NCBI GenBank assembly: GCA_037441285.1
Contig: JBBISL010000004.1
Span: 22,398 to 86,397 of the forward strand
DNA from: a candidate division WOR-3 bacterium
Lineage (GTDB): Bacteria > Hydrothermota > Tepidihabitantia > Tepidihabitantales > Tepidihabitantaceae
Length of the DNA stretch: 64,000 nt
Direction of reading: 5' to 3'
Shown: positions 40,807 to 51,283 of the stretch, in pieces
Numbering within the stretch: position 1 is the stretch's first letter
Layout: every line of letters begins with the position of its first letter
The notes under the pieces: model-generated
Seen by the model: only the letters and a program-made list of their open reading frames with translations
The model's database searches: none
What the model was told of the DNA's origin: nothing
Made by a program: the position numbers and the translations under genes

Positions 40807-41584
40807 TTTCTTCTTCCGGGATTGTGGCTTTATGGGCGAACACAAGATAAGCAGTATGGGCGACCATTCTATCTACCGGCCTAATTCCGGTCTCACGTAA
40901 AAACAATCCCCGTTCCAGAATCTCTTTTGCTCGAATTCGAACAAATCCTTCTGCACCCAGTGCCGTATTTAACCGCCGCAACTGTTCCACAGTTGGAACC
41001 AGAGCAGCCAGAGCATAACCGTTTTTCAAAGACTCTCTTGATGGTTTGACCAGCGTCCAAGGTTCGGGCACATCAAGGAAAACCGCGTCAACTTCCTTTT
41101 GTTGAAATCCCTTCTCGGCCGGGTCTGAAACAAAAAACTCACAAATTCCTTGAAGCCCGTAACGCAGGACATTCTCCCGGGCAAGAGCGCTAAATTCTGG
41201 TCTTCGTTCGTATGAATAAACTCGACCCTGAGGGCCTACAAAAGTAGCGAGAACTACCGTCAGCCCCCCGGAGCCAGAACCAACTTCAATCACCTGCGCG
41301 CCCGGAAATACCAGTGTTTGCAAAAGCATAAAACCGGTGTCTTTGGGATAAACGACCGTAGTTTTTCTTTTGACCTTTAATAACAGGTCAGCGAGGGTCG
41401 GCTTCAAAATATAAAATCGCGTGCCCATTTGTGTTTCTACCCAATCACCGTACTGTTTTCCCACAATATCTTTGAACTCGATATTTCCGCGATGGGTAGA
41501 AAACTTCCCCTTTTCCTCAACTCTAATAAGAAATTTCATATCCTCGGAATGGTAAAGCAAAATAAAATCACCGATTTTAATCAT
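40787..41584 (-). CDS. trmI: tRNA (adenine-N1)-methyltransferase (TrmI/Gcd14 family)
   Basis: N-terminal beta-barrel region; SAM-binding motif VIEVGSGSGGLT... and ...VFLDVPEPW... Confidence 0.7.
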   Translation of the reverse strand: MIKIGDFILLYHSEDMKFLIRVEEKGKFSTHRGNIEFKDIVGKQYGDWVETQMGTRFYILKPTLADLLLKVKRKTTVVYPKDTGFMLLQTLVFPGAQVIEVGSGSGGLTVVLATFVGPQGRVYSYERRPEFSALARENVLRYGLQGICEFFVSDPAEKGFQQKEVDAVFLDVPEPWTLVKPSRESLKNGYALAALVPTVEQLRRLNTALGAEGFVRIRAKEILERGLFLRETGIRPVDRMVAHTAYLVFAHKATIPEEENATGEV

Positions 41585-41696
41585 TGACTGATTGTAAAAC
41601 TTTGTATCAACAGGTCAAGTTAACCCGCAACCTCTTCCCAATCATTGAACTCCGCTGTATCCTTGACTTTTCTATCATTGCGAATATCATCCTATC

Positions 41697-42993
41697 GGTG
41701 TGCATAATATTAGCGGTTTTGCTTTTTTCTGAAGCAACGACTTTAATTTCCCCGCCCTTTTCCCATACTCTCGGATTTACCCGAATCAGTAGCTTTTACC
41801 TCAATATGTATCTCGGTAAAGATTTTCGGGTTGATAATCCTCAGGGATTAGCCTGTGCCAAAATCAAAGAAGAGGAAGATACGACAACCTGGCGCGATGA
41901 TGCACTGTTAACACTATTTGCGGTCAATTCCAACACCGGTCAAATTGTTTATAATGTAAAACTAATTCGCCCCGGTATTTTTGGTTCCACGGGCAATGGT
42001 ATTGGTCAATTCCACCACCCCCATGGCATTGCCTGTAATGAAAACGGAGATGTTTACGTTGCCGACACCGACAACAACCGTTTGGTCCGGTTACGTTACA
42101 CTGGCGGAAAACTGCACTGGATTACCGTAGTTGATTCAACCCTCAATCTTCCTTATGATGTTACAATGGATTCGCAAGGGCGAGTATATGTTACCGATAT
42201 GGGCAATGACCGAATAGTGGTTTATGGACCAGACAACACCCGAATCGCCACATATACTCCGGGTCTGAAAAAACCGAGCGCAATCGCTATTCTTGACCAC
42301 AATGCACCTTTTAACGAAACCGGTTTAGACCTTCTGGTTGTCGTGGACAATTGGGGCACCAGAGTCAATCAACTGTCAACTTCCGGAGAAATCGTGCGTT
42401 CGGTTGATTGCCGCCGTATCGGGTTAGATAGCGCTTGTTTTGCTTACTGTGCATTTGACCGTCATGGTAATGTTTATGTAACCGATATGATAAATTCGCA
42501 AATTCACATTTTTGCCTCTGGTTTAAAATACATCGTTTCTTTCGGTCGCACTTCTTCGAGCAACTCCGACCAGCCTATTTTTAATGCACCGCGGGGCATT
42601 GCCATCGGCAGAAAATTTGGCCAGTTATTCGTCAGTGAAGCAGATGGCGGTCAGTACTATTTAATTGCACTCGATGGATATCTCATCGGCTGCTACCCGG
42701 AGCAGTTTAAATCTGAACAACCCGGCACTACCATCGCCCTCTACCTTACACAGCGTGCCGAAATTGTTATCGAAATTAGTGATGCTCAAGGTAATATCGT
42801 TCGAACCCTTACACCTCCTTATCAACAGGGACCGGGTGAAGTACTTATCGTCTGGGACGGCAGAGATAATAACGGCAACATTGTACCGGAAGGTGAATAT
42901 CTTATAAAAACAACCATCCGCCCAACCTATTCCCGCCCCAGATACACCCTTAAAAAAGAGTTTGTTACCCGGGTCGTGCGTTTACCGGGATAA
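41697..42993 (+). CDS. NHL-repeat beta-propeller protein with a C-terminal FlgD-Ig-like (CHU_C/T9SS type B-like) domain
   Basis: NHL repeats (GQFHHPHGIACNENGDVYVADTDNNRLVRL; VYVTDMGNDRIVVY). The C-terminus ...EVLIVWDGRDNNGNIVPEGEYLIK... is FlgD-Ig-like. The 5' end is uncertain; the track's TTG at 41584 abuts the divergent trmI, and a GTG at 41697 precedes the hydrophobic signal-like segment. Confidence 0.5.
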
Positions 42994-43011
42994 CTTTAAG
43001 GAGGCAGCTTA

Positions 43012-43941
43012 ATGATAAAGAAATTAGCCCAGCTAACCGCTCTTATATTGTTCTCCACCACCTGGGCAACGAAGTACGCCGGCGACTTTGAGGAGTTGGG
43101 AACATCGGCACGCGCCATTGGTATGGGCGGTGCGGTCGTTGCCAGTGCCAGCGATCCCAGTGCTATCTACTATAACCCATCGCTACCTTCTCGTCTTAGG
43201 AGCCGTTCAGTTCTGCTAATGCACTCCGAAGACTTTTCCGGCCTGGTAAAACACAATTTCATTGGCGTTAGTTTCCCGGATGGTTGTCAGGCTTTCGGCA
43301 TCGCCATCCTGCACAATGGCATACCAGGGATAAAACTCACTAAACTACCCGACTCAACCCAGGAACCCGGTGAAAATAACCGACCTTATGTTGATAAAAT
43401 TGTTAACGCCAACCAAATTGTCGGATATTTCAACTACGCTCGCAATCTGTCCCCCTATTTTGCGATTGGCGGTAACGCCAAAATAATCTATCAGGAACTG
43501 GGAGGCGTAGGTTCCTGCTTTGGCATGGGCATTGACTTCGGTTTGGTAGTGACAACATTACAGAGTATTGATATCGGTTTCCGGGTAAGAAATGTTAGCG
43601 CCTCTCCCCTCTTCTGGGACACAAAAACCAGGGAATATATCACTCCGCGGGCTGCCTTTGGTATCGGCAAACTATTTCAATTCGGGCGCAACCGCCTTCG
43701 TCTGGCAGTTGAAATAGAAAGCGACTTCGAAGAAAGAACAATGTTTTCCAACTGGGGAATGGAATATGCATTTCGTGAAGCACTTTTCGGGCGCATAGGC
43801 TTGTACCGCAACAATTTCAGTTTCGGACTGGGATTTAGATTCAAGCGTTTTCATCTCGACTATGGCTACGCCACCGGCACAGCGCCTGAGTCAAGAGAGT
43901 TGGGTACACCCCAGCAGATTTCAGGAGGTGTCGAGTTTTAG
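43012..43941 (+). CDS. PorV/PorQ-like outer membrane beta-barrel (T9SS-associated FadL-like family)
   Basis: Signal peptide, then ...GTSARAIGMGGAVVASASDPSAIYYNPS..., the hallmark N-terminal motif of PorV/PorQ/UPF0164-type barrels. A strong AGGAGG SD precedes it and it ends in F. Confidence 0.5.
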   Translation: MIKKLAQLTALILFSTTWATKYAGDFEELGTSARAIGMGGAVVASASDPSAIYYNPSLPSRLRSRSVLLMHSEDFSGLVKHNFIGVSFPDGCQAFGIAILHNGIPGIKLTKLPDSTQEPGENNRPYVDKIVNANQIVGYFNYARNLSPYFAIGGNAKIIYQELGGVGSCFGMGIDFGLVVTTLQSIDIGFRVRNVSASPLFWDTKTREYITPRAAFGIGKLFQFGRNRLRLAVEIESDFEERTMFSNWGMEYAFREALFGRIGLYRNNFSFGLGFRFKRFHLDYGYATGTAPESRELGTPQQISGGVEF

Positions 43942-43991
43942 GCCCGGAGCTTGGCAGAAAATTAGCGCACCTTATCGCCCTTGTTATACCG

Positions 43992-44534
43992 TTGGCTTAT
44001 TATGCAATTCCTAATCGGAATCTTTCGCTTGTCTTAATGGCAGTTGCCACGGCGATATTCCTTATCGTCGACCTGCTTCGTCTCCGTCTTAATCCATTTA
44101 AAGATATATTTATTATTCTCTTTGGTTCATTGTTGCGCCGGAAGGAATTCTCCTCGTTAACAGGTGGAAGTTACCTTATGGTCGCAGCACTTGTTGCAAT
44201 GTTACTCTTCGGAAGCAATAAGGGCGTTTTTATTGCCGCCCTGTCTTTTCTGGCCATCGGCGACACGGTTGCCGCGCTCGTTGGACTTTCTTTTGGTAAA
44301 ATTAAGGTATTTCGAAAAACCCTTGAAGGTACTATTGCCGGATTATTTGCCTGTATTGCTGTCGCCGTCGCGGTCTCTTTTCTTCCTGGTATTGACATGC
44401 CGCTATTTATTGGTATCATTGGTGCGATATCCGCTTCAGCTGTTGAAGCTTTGCCGTTTGAAATAAACGACAATGTCGTTGTCCCGCTTTTCTCCGGGAC
44501 AGTGATGATGATTGCAATACAGATTCTCCACTGA
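43992..44534 (+). CDS. Small membrane protein of the CTP-transferase/dolichol-kinase-like (CdsA-related) superfamily
   Basis: 5 TM helices; ...AIGDTVAALVGLSFGKIKV..KTLEGTIAG... resembles the CTP_transf_1/phytol-kinase catalytic motif. Confidence 0.35.
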   Translation: MAYYAIPNRNLSLVLMAVATAIFLIVDLLRLRLNPFKDIFIILFGSLLRRKEFSSLTGGSYLMVAALVAMLLFGSNKGVFIAALSFLAIGDTVAALVGLSFGKIKVFRKTLEGTIAGLFACIAVAVAVSFLPGIDMPLFIGIIGAISASAVEALPFEINDNVVVPLFSGTVMMIAIQILH

Positions 44535-44590
44535 AGCGGAATGATGGTGAAGTTCACAAATAACTTAAAATTAAAAAGGAGGACAGATAT

Positions 44591-47119
44591 ATGAAGAAAT
44601 ATTGCACCATTATCCTGCTCGGAATAACAATTTGTCTCGGGGCTAAGACAACTTTTCCAGAACTGGACAGTATCTACTTCTACTACGCAGAGCAGGATTA
44701 CGATAAAGCGTATACGCTGCTGACAAAACTTAGCGGTCAAAAGTTAACTCCGCAGCAGCATTTTGCCCTGATGCTCGAGCTCGGCGACTACTACCTTGAT
44801 AAAATTCACGACTACCATCGTGCCGAATCAATCTACCAGCAACTAATCAAACAGTATCCCAAGCACACCCGATTGCCCGATGTGCTATACCGCCTTGCCC
44901 TTGCCCAGGAACTTCAGGAAAAATTCCTTGACGCCGCCAAAAATTACGAGCAGGTAGCAACAAAACACTTTAAATCTGCCTACGGACCGGAGGCACTCGA
45001 TGCGATTGAACGGTGCTTCCGGAAGAATTACCAGGAACGGGTTGCATATGTCAATGGTTTTCCGATTACTCGTATTGAACTTGATGACCGGATCAGTCGC
45101 AACCCCTCGCTCTATGAAACCTTCGACAAGAAGATGGCATTACTTGATACGATGATTGACAATCGTCTGCTTTATGAAGCCGCCGTGTCCCAGGGAATGG
45201 AGAAAGAACCGATGTTGGTCCGCAGTATCACAGATACCCGGAACCGATTGATGTTTCAAACCTGGTACGAGCGTTATGTCACCGGCAAAGCTGAGCCCAG
45301 CGAGAAGGAATTAAAGAAGCTCTACCGCAAAAATCGTTCAAAGTACACAATACCGGAAAAAATCCGTGCCTATCAACTTGTCGTCACATCTAAACCCCTT
45401 GCCGATTCGCTCCGCGCACTCCTGATTACCGACGCAACAAAATGGGATACCCTGGTAAAATTTTATTCAATTGCACCGGATAAAGAAAAAGCGGGCGACC
45501 TGGGATTTTTTACTCGTGGTGTGCAACAAAAGGATATTGAACAAATCGCTTTCAAGCTTAAACCGGGTGAAATCAGCCAGCCGTTAGCAATCAGAGACAC
45601 TTACTATATAATTCGTGTAACCGAAAAGGAGCCCCGTAAAGTCAAACCTTTCGATGAAGTAAAAAGCCAGATAGCCGTTGAACTGCGTCAGGACCGGACG
45701 AACCGACTTTACGAGCAGGAAATTGACCGCTTGAAAAAAAACAGCCAGATTGTTCAGGATAGCCTCGCAATTGAGCAGAACAAAGAAACATTAGCGGTAA
45801 TCAATGGTGTTCCGATAACCCAGGAACATCTCGAACAACGCCTCAACGCAATTCCGCCCTTCTTCCGGGGGCAGTTTGAAACACCGGAAGGCAAGCGCCG
45901 CATTCTTGACCAATTAATCGTGGAAAAACTGCTGCTCCGGGAATGTGAAAAAGAAAAACTCTGGCTTGCGAACCGGGTAATCGACCAAATCATCAATCGC
46001 AAAACCGCCCTGCTCATCGATGCCTATCGCCGTAAACATACAACCGAAAAAATTCAAATCGATTCGCTTACCCTGATGCAGGAGTATCGGGCAACATTAA
46101 ATGATTTCAAAGAACCCACTCGCGTCCGTTGCCGCGAGATAGTTGCTCGTACCAAAGAAAAAGCCGAACAGCTGCGCAAATGGGCCACCTCGGGCCGGAT
46201 TCCGGAACTCGTCAGCGGAATAGCCTTGCTTGTGAATGACGAAGAAAAAGCTCGTGAACTTTCCGGAATACTCGCTCAAACCACGAATACCGATTCAATA
46301 ATTGCGCTCGGTGCACTTGCTGACCCCAGTGTTCGCATTTCTGGAACACCCCTCCAGAACATTTCGGGCCACGATGTTGTTGACTTATCCCAACCCTGTC
46401 AGCTCACCGGACCGTTCTCGGCTGCAAGTTTCTACGCTTTTGCCTTCACCGACATCTCCCGTCAAGATAAACTTTATGAGCCGCTACTCATTACCGTTAC
46501 CAACACCGAGCAGCTGCAATCCCTCCTGAAGGAAAATCCCCCACCGTTCACGCTCGGAATCATCGACTCCACCCGTTTGGGTACTTATGTTCGTCTTACC
46601 AATTCACTTCCAACCCGGTTTGTTAATGAGCTCTTCACCCTGGAAACAGGTAGTGTTTCTCCTATTTATAAAACTGCTAACGGTTACCTAATTGCTAAAG
46701 TAACGAAAAAAGACACCTCTCAGAAAGTGGACTTCGTAGAGCTTATTCGCCGTTTCTCAACCTCGGGTAGTAAATGGGCTGGTGGCGAGATTTCCCTTAC
46801 CCGCGATGACAAATCCCGGGATAAAAAAATCGTTGATGCTGCCTACTCTCTTAATAAAGGAGCCTACTCGTCCGTTATACGACTCAATGACACTACCTAC
46901 ACATTTATTAAAGTGGAAGAAAAGAAGCCGGCTTATACTCGTCCATTTTCTGAGGTGCGCAGCAAAATAGAAAACAAACTCCGGCGCCAACAGGAAAAAG
47001 AGCTCTACGAGCAACTACTTAAAGAACTACGCGCAAAGGCTAAAATTGAAATCTTGATGAAAAAGGAAGATTTCGAACCTGGAGAACCGATAACACCCCC
47101 TGAACAACAGAATAAATAA
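44591..47119 (+). CDS. Large periplasmic SurA/PpiD-like chaperone with two parvulin-type PPIase domains
   Basis: Signal peptide and TPR-like N-terminus. Two PPIC-type regions: ...KAGDLGFFTRGVQQKDIEQIAFKLKPGEISQPL..YYIIRV and ..GGEISLTRDD....AAYSLNKGAYSSVIRL..TYTFIKV. Confidence 0.6.
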   Translation: MKKYCTIILLGITICLGAKTTFPELDSIYFYYAEQDYDKAYTLLTKLSGQKLTPQQHFALMLELGDYYLDKIHDYHRAESIYQQLIKQYPKHTRLPDVLYRLALAQELQEKFLDAAKNYEQVATKHFKSAYGPEALDAIERCFRKNYQERVAYVNGFPITRIELDDRISRNPSLYETFDKKMALLDTMIDNRLLYEAAVSQGMEKEPMLVRSITDTRNRLMFQTWYERYVTGKAEPSEKELKKLYRKNRSKYTIPEKIRAYQLVVTSKPLADSLRALLITDATKWDTLVKFYSIAPDKEKAGDLGFFTRGVQQKDIEQIAFKLKPGEISQPLAIRDTYYIIRVTEKEPRKVKPFDEVKSQIAVELRQDRTNRLYEQEIDRLKKNSQIVQDSLAIEQNKETLAVINGVPITQEHLEQRLNAIPPFFRGQFETPEGKRRILDQLIVEKLLLRECEKEKLWLANRVIDQIINRKTALLIDAYRRKHTTEKIQIDSLTLMQEYRATLNDFKEPTRVRCREIVARTKEKAEQLRKWATSGRIPELVSGIALLVNDEEKARELSGILAQTTNTDSIIALGALADPSVRISGTPLQNISGHDVVDLSQPCQLTGPFSAASFYAFAFTDISRQDKLYEPLLITVTNTEQLQSLLKENPPPFTLGIIDSTRLGTYVRLTNSLPTRFVNELFTLETGSVSPIYKTANGYLIAKVTKKDTSQKVDFVELIRRFSTSGSKWAGGEISLTRDDKSRDKKIVDAAYSLNKGAYSSVIRLNDTTYTFIKVEEKKPAYTRPFSEVRSKIENKLRRQQEKELYEQLLKELRAKAKIEILMKKEDFEPGEPITPPEQQNK

Positions 47120-47136
47120 ATAACCCCTAACATTAA

Positions 47137-47173
47137 GGCGGGGTAACAATTGCTGGTTACTCCGCCTTTTTAT
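47137..47173. terminator. Bidirectional rho-independent terminator between convergent genes
   Basis: 11-bp stem GGCGGGGTAAC / GTTACTCCGCC with one G-U, an 8-nt loop, then TTTTTATT; a matching A-rich tract lies on the other side. Confidence 0.5.
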
Positions 47174-47175
47174 TC

Positions 47176-48591
47176 TCAGTTAAACCCCAGAATTTTTATA
47201 CCAATCTTTTTTACTAAACTCAACACCTCTGCCTGACGGCTCAACTCCCCTTCCGCAAGTTTCAAACGCAGGGCATTGGCGGGAAATTCCCCAAAAGTAG
47301 CATCAACTGGTATCCAACGGTCAAGATAAACTTCATTCCAGGCATGGTAGTAAAATGCACCATCAAGATAAACTAAACCAACAACAACTTTTGACGGAAT
47401 ACCGGCAGCTCGAGCCAGAGCGGCGTAAAGCACCGAATGCTCATTACAATCACCTTTGAGACTCTTCAGAACATCTAAAGCATTGGGCAGAGAAGCAACC
47501 GCTTCTTTCTTTAACGTTCGGTGTACCCAATACAAAATATGTTCCGCGGCAATCGCGGCATCATCGGTTCCGGCGATAATCTCGGCCGCCTTTCTCTTAA
47601 TCGGTTCGGCATCAGCCTGGACCGAAACCGTTGGCTTAAGAAACTCCGTCTCCGCCTTAACCGGTAGTCTTACACCCCGTGCATTGGAGGGAATTACAAT
47701 CTCAAGGCGCAATGGACTTTTTGTTACTACCCGTTGATAAGTGCCGTTAAGGTCAAACTCTGCCGTATCGAGCCCAGTAACCTCCAAAACAACCCTTTTT
47801 ACCCCTGCCGGCTGGCGAATCACCGTATCTACCGGCACCGCAAAAAGTCGCAGTAAATCAACAGGGTAACCAGATTCTCCAGTTAGCGCCTCTTTCTCTG
47901 TAACCCGGTAAGAGTTCAACCCCATTGGAGACTCTTCCTTAACTGTCATGCCATTCCTATCCAACCAGGTAGTAACCTCAGTTTTTGCCCGTTTTACTCT
48001 CACCTTTAATACCGGAATCTCCTTGTCATTTGATTTTAGAATCTCGTGCCCCAAAACGGTAACAATTGCTGGTAATGTATCCATTACGGTGCCGTCAAAA
48101 GTCAAATAATTCAATGTCATAGCGGAGTCGGGCTTTGACTCAACAATTACCCGGCCCAGGGCTTCAATTGGATAAAGTTGTCGGCTCAGTTTAACCCGCT
48201 GACCAGCTCTTGTTCCTTCACCGCTCAATATCAACCAGCCATCCTTGACCGTTCCGGCGGCTTTAAATGCGCCGTCTTGCGAACCCAGTTCAAATTGGAA
48301 CGAGCGCATGGTCCAATCGGTATTGGTAATGACCTGAGAACGGACACTTACCTGCTGGACTTTACCCAGCATACTTATGGTCATTCTCATAATGTTGTCG
48401 AATCTATACCCGTCTGTAATCTGATTATATTTCGTCACTGCCCAACCTACTTTCTTGCCCATCAGATATGTTGCCAGCCAAACACCGTCTGAATCGTTAC
48501 CCGCATTTGTAAGAGCCATATTTTTTCTATCCGACTTACCACCACAGGCAAGAATTAAGGCAAAAAATAAAACCAAAATTCCTTTCTTCAT
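47176..48591 (-). CDS. Transglutaminase-like cysteine protease superfamily lipoprotein
   Basis: Lipobox MKKGILVLFFALILAC; transglutaminase core ...GDCNEHSVLYAALARAAGIPSKVVVGLVY...YHAWNEVYL...VDATFGE, giving Cys-His-Asp. Confidence 0.7.
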   Translation of the reverse strand: MKKGILVLFFALILACGGKSDRKNMALTNAGNDSDGVWLATYLMGKKVGWAVTKYNQITDGYRFDNIMRMTISMLGKVQQVSVRSQVITNTDWTMRSFQFELGSQDGAFKAAGTVKDGWLILSGEGTRAGQRVKLSRQLYPIEALGRVIVESKPDSAMTLNYLTFDGTVMDTLPAIVTVLGHEILKSNDKEIPVLKVRVKRAKTEVTTWLDRNGMTVKEESPMGLNSYRVTEKEALTGESGYPVDLLRLFAVPVDTVIRQPAGVKRVVLEVTGLDTAEFDLNGTYQRVVTKSPLRLEIVIPSNARGVRLPVKAETEFLKPTVSVQADAEPIKRKAAEIIAGTDDAAIAAEHILYWVHRTLKKEAVASLPNALDVLKSLKGDCNEHSVLYAALARAAGIPSKVVVGLVYLDGAFYYHAWNEVYLDRWIPVDATFGEFPANALRLKLAEGELSRQAEVLSLVKKIGIKILGFN

Positions 48592-48673
48592 AGCTTAAAC
48601 TTAACAAGTAATCAATTCATGTCAACAGGTTCTGGTATTGACTTTACCATTTAGTTATTTTACAATTTCGTGC

Positions 48674-48759
48674 GCCGAAGTGGCGGAAATGGCAGACGCA
48701 GCGGACTCAAAATCCGCCGCCCAGCGATGGGCTTGTGGGTTCGACTCCCACCTTCGGCA
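48674..48759 (+). tRNA. tRNA-Leu (anticodon CAA)
   Basis: 86-nt class II tRNA: acceptor GCCGAAG/CTTCGGC, anticodon arm GCGGA-CTCAAAA-TCCGC, long variable arm, T-arm GTGGG-TTCGACT-CCCAC. Confidence 0.8.
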
Positions 48760-48760
48760 T

Positions 48761-49906
48761 TCACTGTTTAAAAACTGGAAAAGTTGCCAGGACCGGGCGG
48801 TGGTCAGAAATCAAACGCAGATAATCAACTATTTCATCATCGAGTCGCACCGTAAACGTTCTGCCCCCGGTATATTCGGTCAGCGCATCACTCGTCACAA
48901 GGATATGGTCAAAAAGCACTCCGGAAGTAACAAGCGACCCATAAAACTCATCTCCTGCTAAAGGCAGTGTCAAAAACTGGTAATCAATTGTATCGACAAG
49001 AAACGGCAGAAATACATTTTCTCCTTCTGGTTTATTCAGTTCATCATTCCAGTCACCCGCAACCACAAAATCCTGCTCCCCACCCTGTGCCCGTTGATTA
49101 TCAATATACGCCTTTAATAACCGGCAGGCACCAGCGCGTCGTGCCCGGTCCGAGATAGCCGACCCGGCTTTAAGATGTAATACAATTAGTCTGAAATCAA
49201 ATGTACCGCCGTTACTTGATGCAGTAATCGTCATCTCCAGCGGCGGCCGGGGAAAAGAGTCGTTGTTCCAGAAAATCTGATGTACTTCACTGACCTGAAC
49301 TATTTCGCTTTTGTATATCACACCTGTCTTCTGATAAAACGAACCATAATCATCACGCGAATAAAGTCCACGATAACCAGGCAAACCGTCCAGAAGATGT
49401 ATAAAGGCGATTGTATCTTCAATCTCCTGGATACAAAACAAATCAACATCCATCCGGGCAATCAGCGTTCGCAGCAGCAAAAGAGTTGAATCACCTTTTT
49501 GGGGGAAATTTTGTATATTCCAGGTAACAATCTCCAGCGTTGTATCGGTACCGAAAGATGGCACCGCTCCGGGAAATTCGATTCGGAAAGGTGCGAGCGC
49601 CACGATTGAACGCGCCCCGGAATCGTCAATTGCCTGGAGAGAAAAAAGGTGATTGCCCCACGAGAGGTTGTAAAGGGTAACCCCGTTTAATTCGGTGAAT
49701 ATATCGGGAACGGAATCATTCAACCCATAAAAAAAGCCGATAATCCTGCCGTCAATATCATTCCCCTGCCATTCGAATCGAGCAGAATCAGCATCGGTGA
49801 TTATGCTGGGCTTCCGAGTAAACACAACTGTCGGACCTTTATTACCCTTATCTAACGGTTTAATGCAACTCAGAACAATTATCAGCCCTAAGAACCACCT
49901 ATTCAT
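48761..49906 (-). CDS. Endonuclease/exonuclease/phosphatase (EEP) family lipoprotein
   Basis: ...DLFCIQEIED..., ...FVVAGDWNDE... and ...ISDHRPVLATF are EEP catalytic motifs; a signal peptide is present. Confidence 0.65.
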   Translation of the reverse strand: MNRWFLGLIIVLSCIKPLDKGNKGPTVVFTRKPSIITDADSARFEWQGNDIDGRIIGFFYGLNDSVPDIFTELNGVTLYNLSWGNHLFSLQAIDDSGARSIVALAPFRIEFPGAVPSFGTDTTLEIVTWNIQNFPQKGDSTLLLLRTLIARMDVDLFCIQEIEDTIAFIHLLDGLPGYRGLYSRDDYGSFYQKTGVIYKSEIVQVSEVHQIFWNNDSFPRPPLEMTITASSNGGTFDFRLIVLHLKAGSAISDRARRAGACRLLKAYIDNQRAQGGEQDFVVAGDWNDELNKPEGENVFLPFLVDTIDYQFLTLPLAGDEFYGSLVTSGVLFDHILVTSDALTEYTGGRTFTVRLDDEIVDYLRLISDHRPVLATFPVFKQ

Positions 49907-49954
49907 TGAATTAGCTTATCCTTATCAAAGGCATTGTCCAGAATAGTCGTATGC

Positions 49955-49983
49955 TTGACTCCATTTAAAATAAAAGTTATAAT
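49955..49983 (+). promoter_or_regulatory. Consensus σ70 promoter TTGACT-N17-TATAAT for the nusA-infB operon
   Basis: TTGACT 49955-49960, 17-nt spacer, TATAAT 49978-49983; followed by SD AAGGAG about 16 nt before ATG 50042. Confidence 0.55.
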
Positions 49984-50041
49984 CAACAAATAACAACAGG
50001 CTGACATAATATAACATAGAAAAGGAGAAATAAAGAAAGCG

Positions 50042-51283
50042 ATGAACAATAAAGAAGTTGCCAATCTTATTGCCCAGATAGCTCGAATTAGAAATGTTGA
50101 TATCACATACGTTTGCGAAATTCTGCGAATGAGCATCGTTGCCGGGTTAAAGCGCCGTTTCGGACCCAACATCGAAGCAGAAGTCACAATCAACCCGGAA
50201 CAGGGCGAAATCAGGGTGTTTTTAACTAAAAAAGTTGTGGAACGAGTTAACAACCCTGGGCAGGAAATAAATCTGGAAGAAGCCAAAACAGCAAACCCTG
50301 CCGCCAGTATTGGTGATGTCGTCCGAGTAGAAATGCCGCTTGACGAACTGGGGCGGATTGCAATTCGGAAGGCATCCGATGAATTGATGCTCAAACTTCG
50401 CGAGGCGGAACGCGACCGCCTCTACGAGGAATACAGTCGCAAAAAAGGTGAAATTGTCACCGGCACCATTCAAAGAATTGGCGAACGGGAAATCATTGTT
50501 AACCTTGGACTGATCGAAGCCACTCTTCTCAATCGTGACCAGTTGAAAACCGACCATTACCGTCAAGGATTACCCATCAAAGCCTATGTATACAAGGTAG
50601 AGAAGACACCTATTGGTCCCCGGGTTTATCTCTCACGAACCCATCCTGAATTCCTGCGAAAACTCCTGGCACGCGAAGTCCCTGAAATCAAAGAAGGGGT
50701 CGTTGAAATAAAAGCTATCGCCCGGGCTCCTGGTTCGCGTTCTAAAGTTGCGGTCGCATCGCTTGATGATAAAATTGACCCAATTGGTGCCTGTGTCGGC
50801 TATCGAAAATCGCGCATTGAAAACATCATCAAGGAGTTATCAGGCGAGAAAATCGACATTATCCAGTGGAGCCGGGACACTCAGATTTTTATCGCACGTG
50901 CCCTCGGTCCCGCAAAAGTATCAGAGATAATTCGTGAGGGTGACACTTACATCGTTGTTGTACCTGATGCCGAGTTCTCCATCGCCATTGGCAAAAAAGG
51001 TCAGAATGTCTGGCTCGCCAGCCTCCTTACTAACACCAAGATCGAAGTGCTAAAAGAAAGTGATTACCGCAATCGGCAAATTATGAGCCGCGCCGCAAAG
51101 GTTTCTCTAAACGAACTTGGCTTTTCCGAAGAGCTCCTGGCAAAGTTACAGGGCGCCGGTTTAAAGACATCTTTTGACTTCCTCAATCTTCCCGCTGAGG
51201 AATTGGTTCGTATAACCCAATTGACTGATACGGAGATAAACGCTCTTAAAGAACAGACCCGAGAGAAGGTATGGTCAAGTTAA
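50042..51283 (+). CDS. nusA: Transcription termination/antitermination factor NusA
   Basis: N-terminal RNAP-binding domain, S1 domain (EIVTGTIQRIGEREIIVNLG) and KH domains (..IGACVG.RKSRIENI..). Confidence 0.9.
   Translation: MNNKEVANLIAQIARIRNVDITYVCEILRMSIVAGLKRRFGPNIEAEVTINPEQGEIRVFLTKKVVERVNNPGQEINLEEAKTANPAASIGDVVRVEMPLDELGRIAIRKASDELMLKLREAERDRLYEEYSRKKGEIVTGTIQRIGEREIIVNLGLIEATLLNRDQLKTDHYRQGLPIKAYVYKVEKTPIGPRVYLSRTHPEFLRKLLAREVPEIKEGVVEIKAIARAPGSRSKVAVASLDDKIDPIGACVGYRKSRIENIIKELSGEKIDIIQWSRDTQIFIARALGPAKVSEIIREGDTYIVVVPDAEFSIAIGKKGQNVWLASLLTNTKIEVLKESDYRNRQIMSRAAKVSLNELGFSEELLAKLQGAGLKTSFDFLNLPAEELVRITQLTDTEINALKEQTREKVWSS

Noticed and set aside
41584-41696. TTG start at 41584 for the NHL-repeat gene, as implied by the ORF track
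   Set aside because: It shares its first nucleotide with the divergent trmI start codon, leaving no promoter space. The GTG at 41697, just ahead of the hydrophobic signal-like segment, is more plausible, though still uncertain.
48638-48961. Track ORF (107 aa, + strand) proposed as a coding gene
   Set aside because: It overlaps tRNA-Leu (48674..48759) and the 3' end of the EEP-family gene on the opposite strand, and has no protein-like features.
49903-50394. 163-aa minus-strand track ORF
   Set aside because: It lies antisense across the nusA promoter, SD and N-terminal coding region. nusA is unambiguous, so this ORF is spurious.
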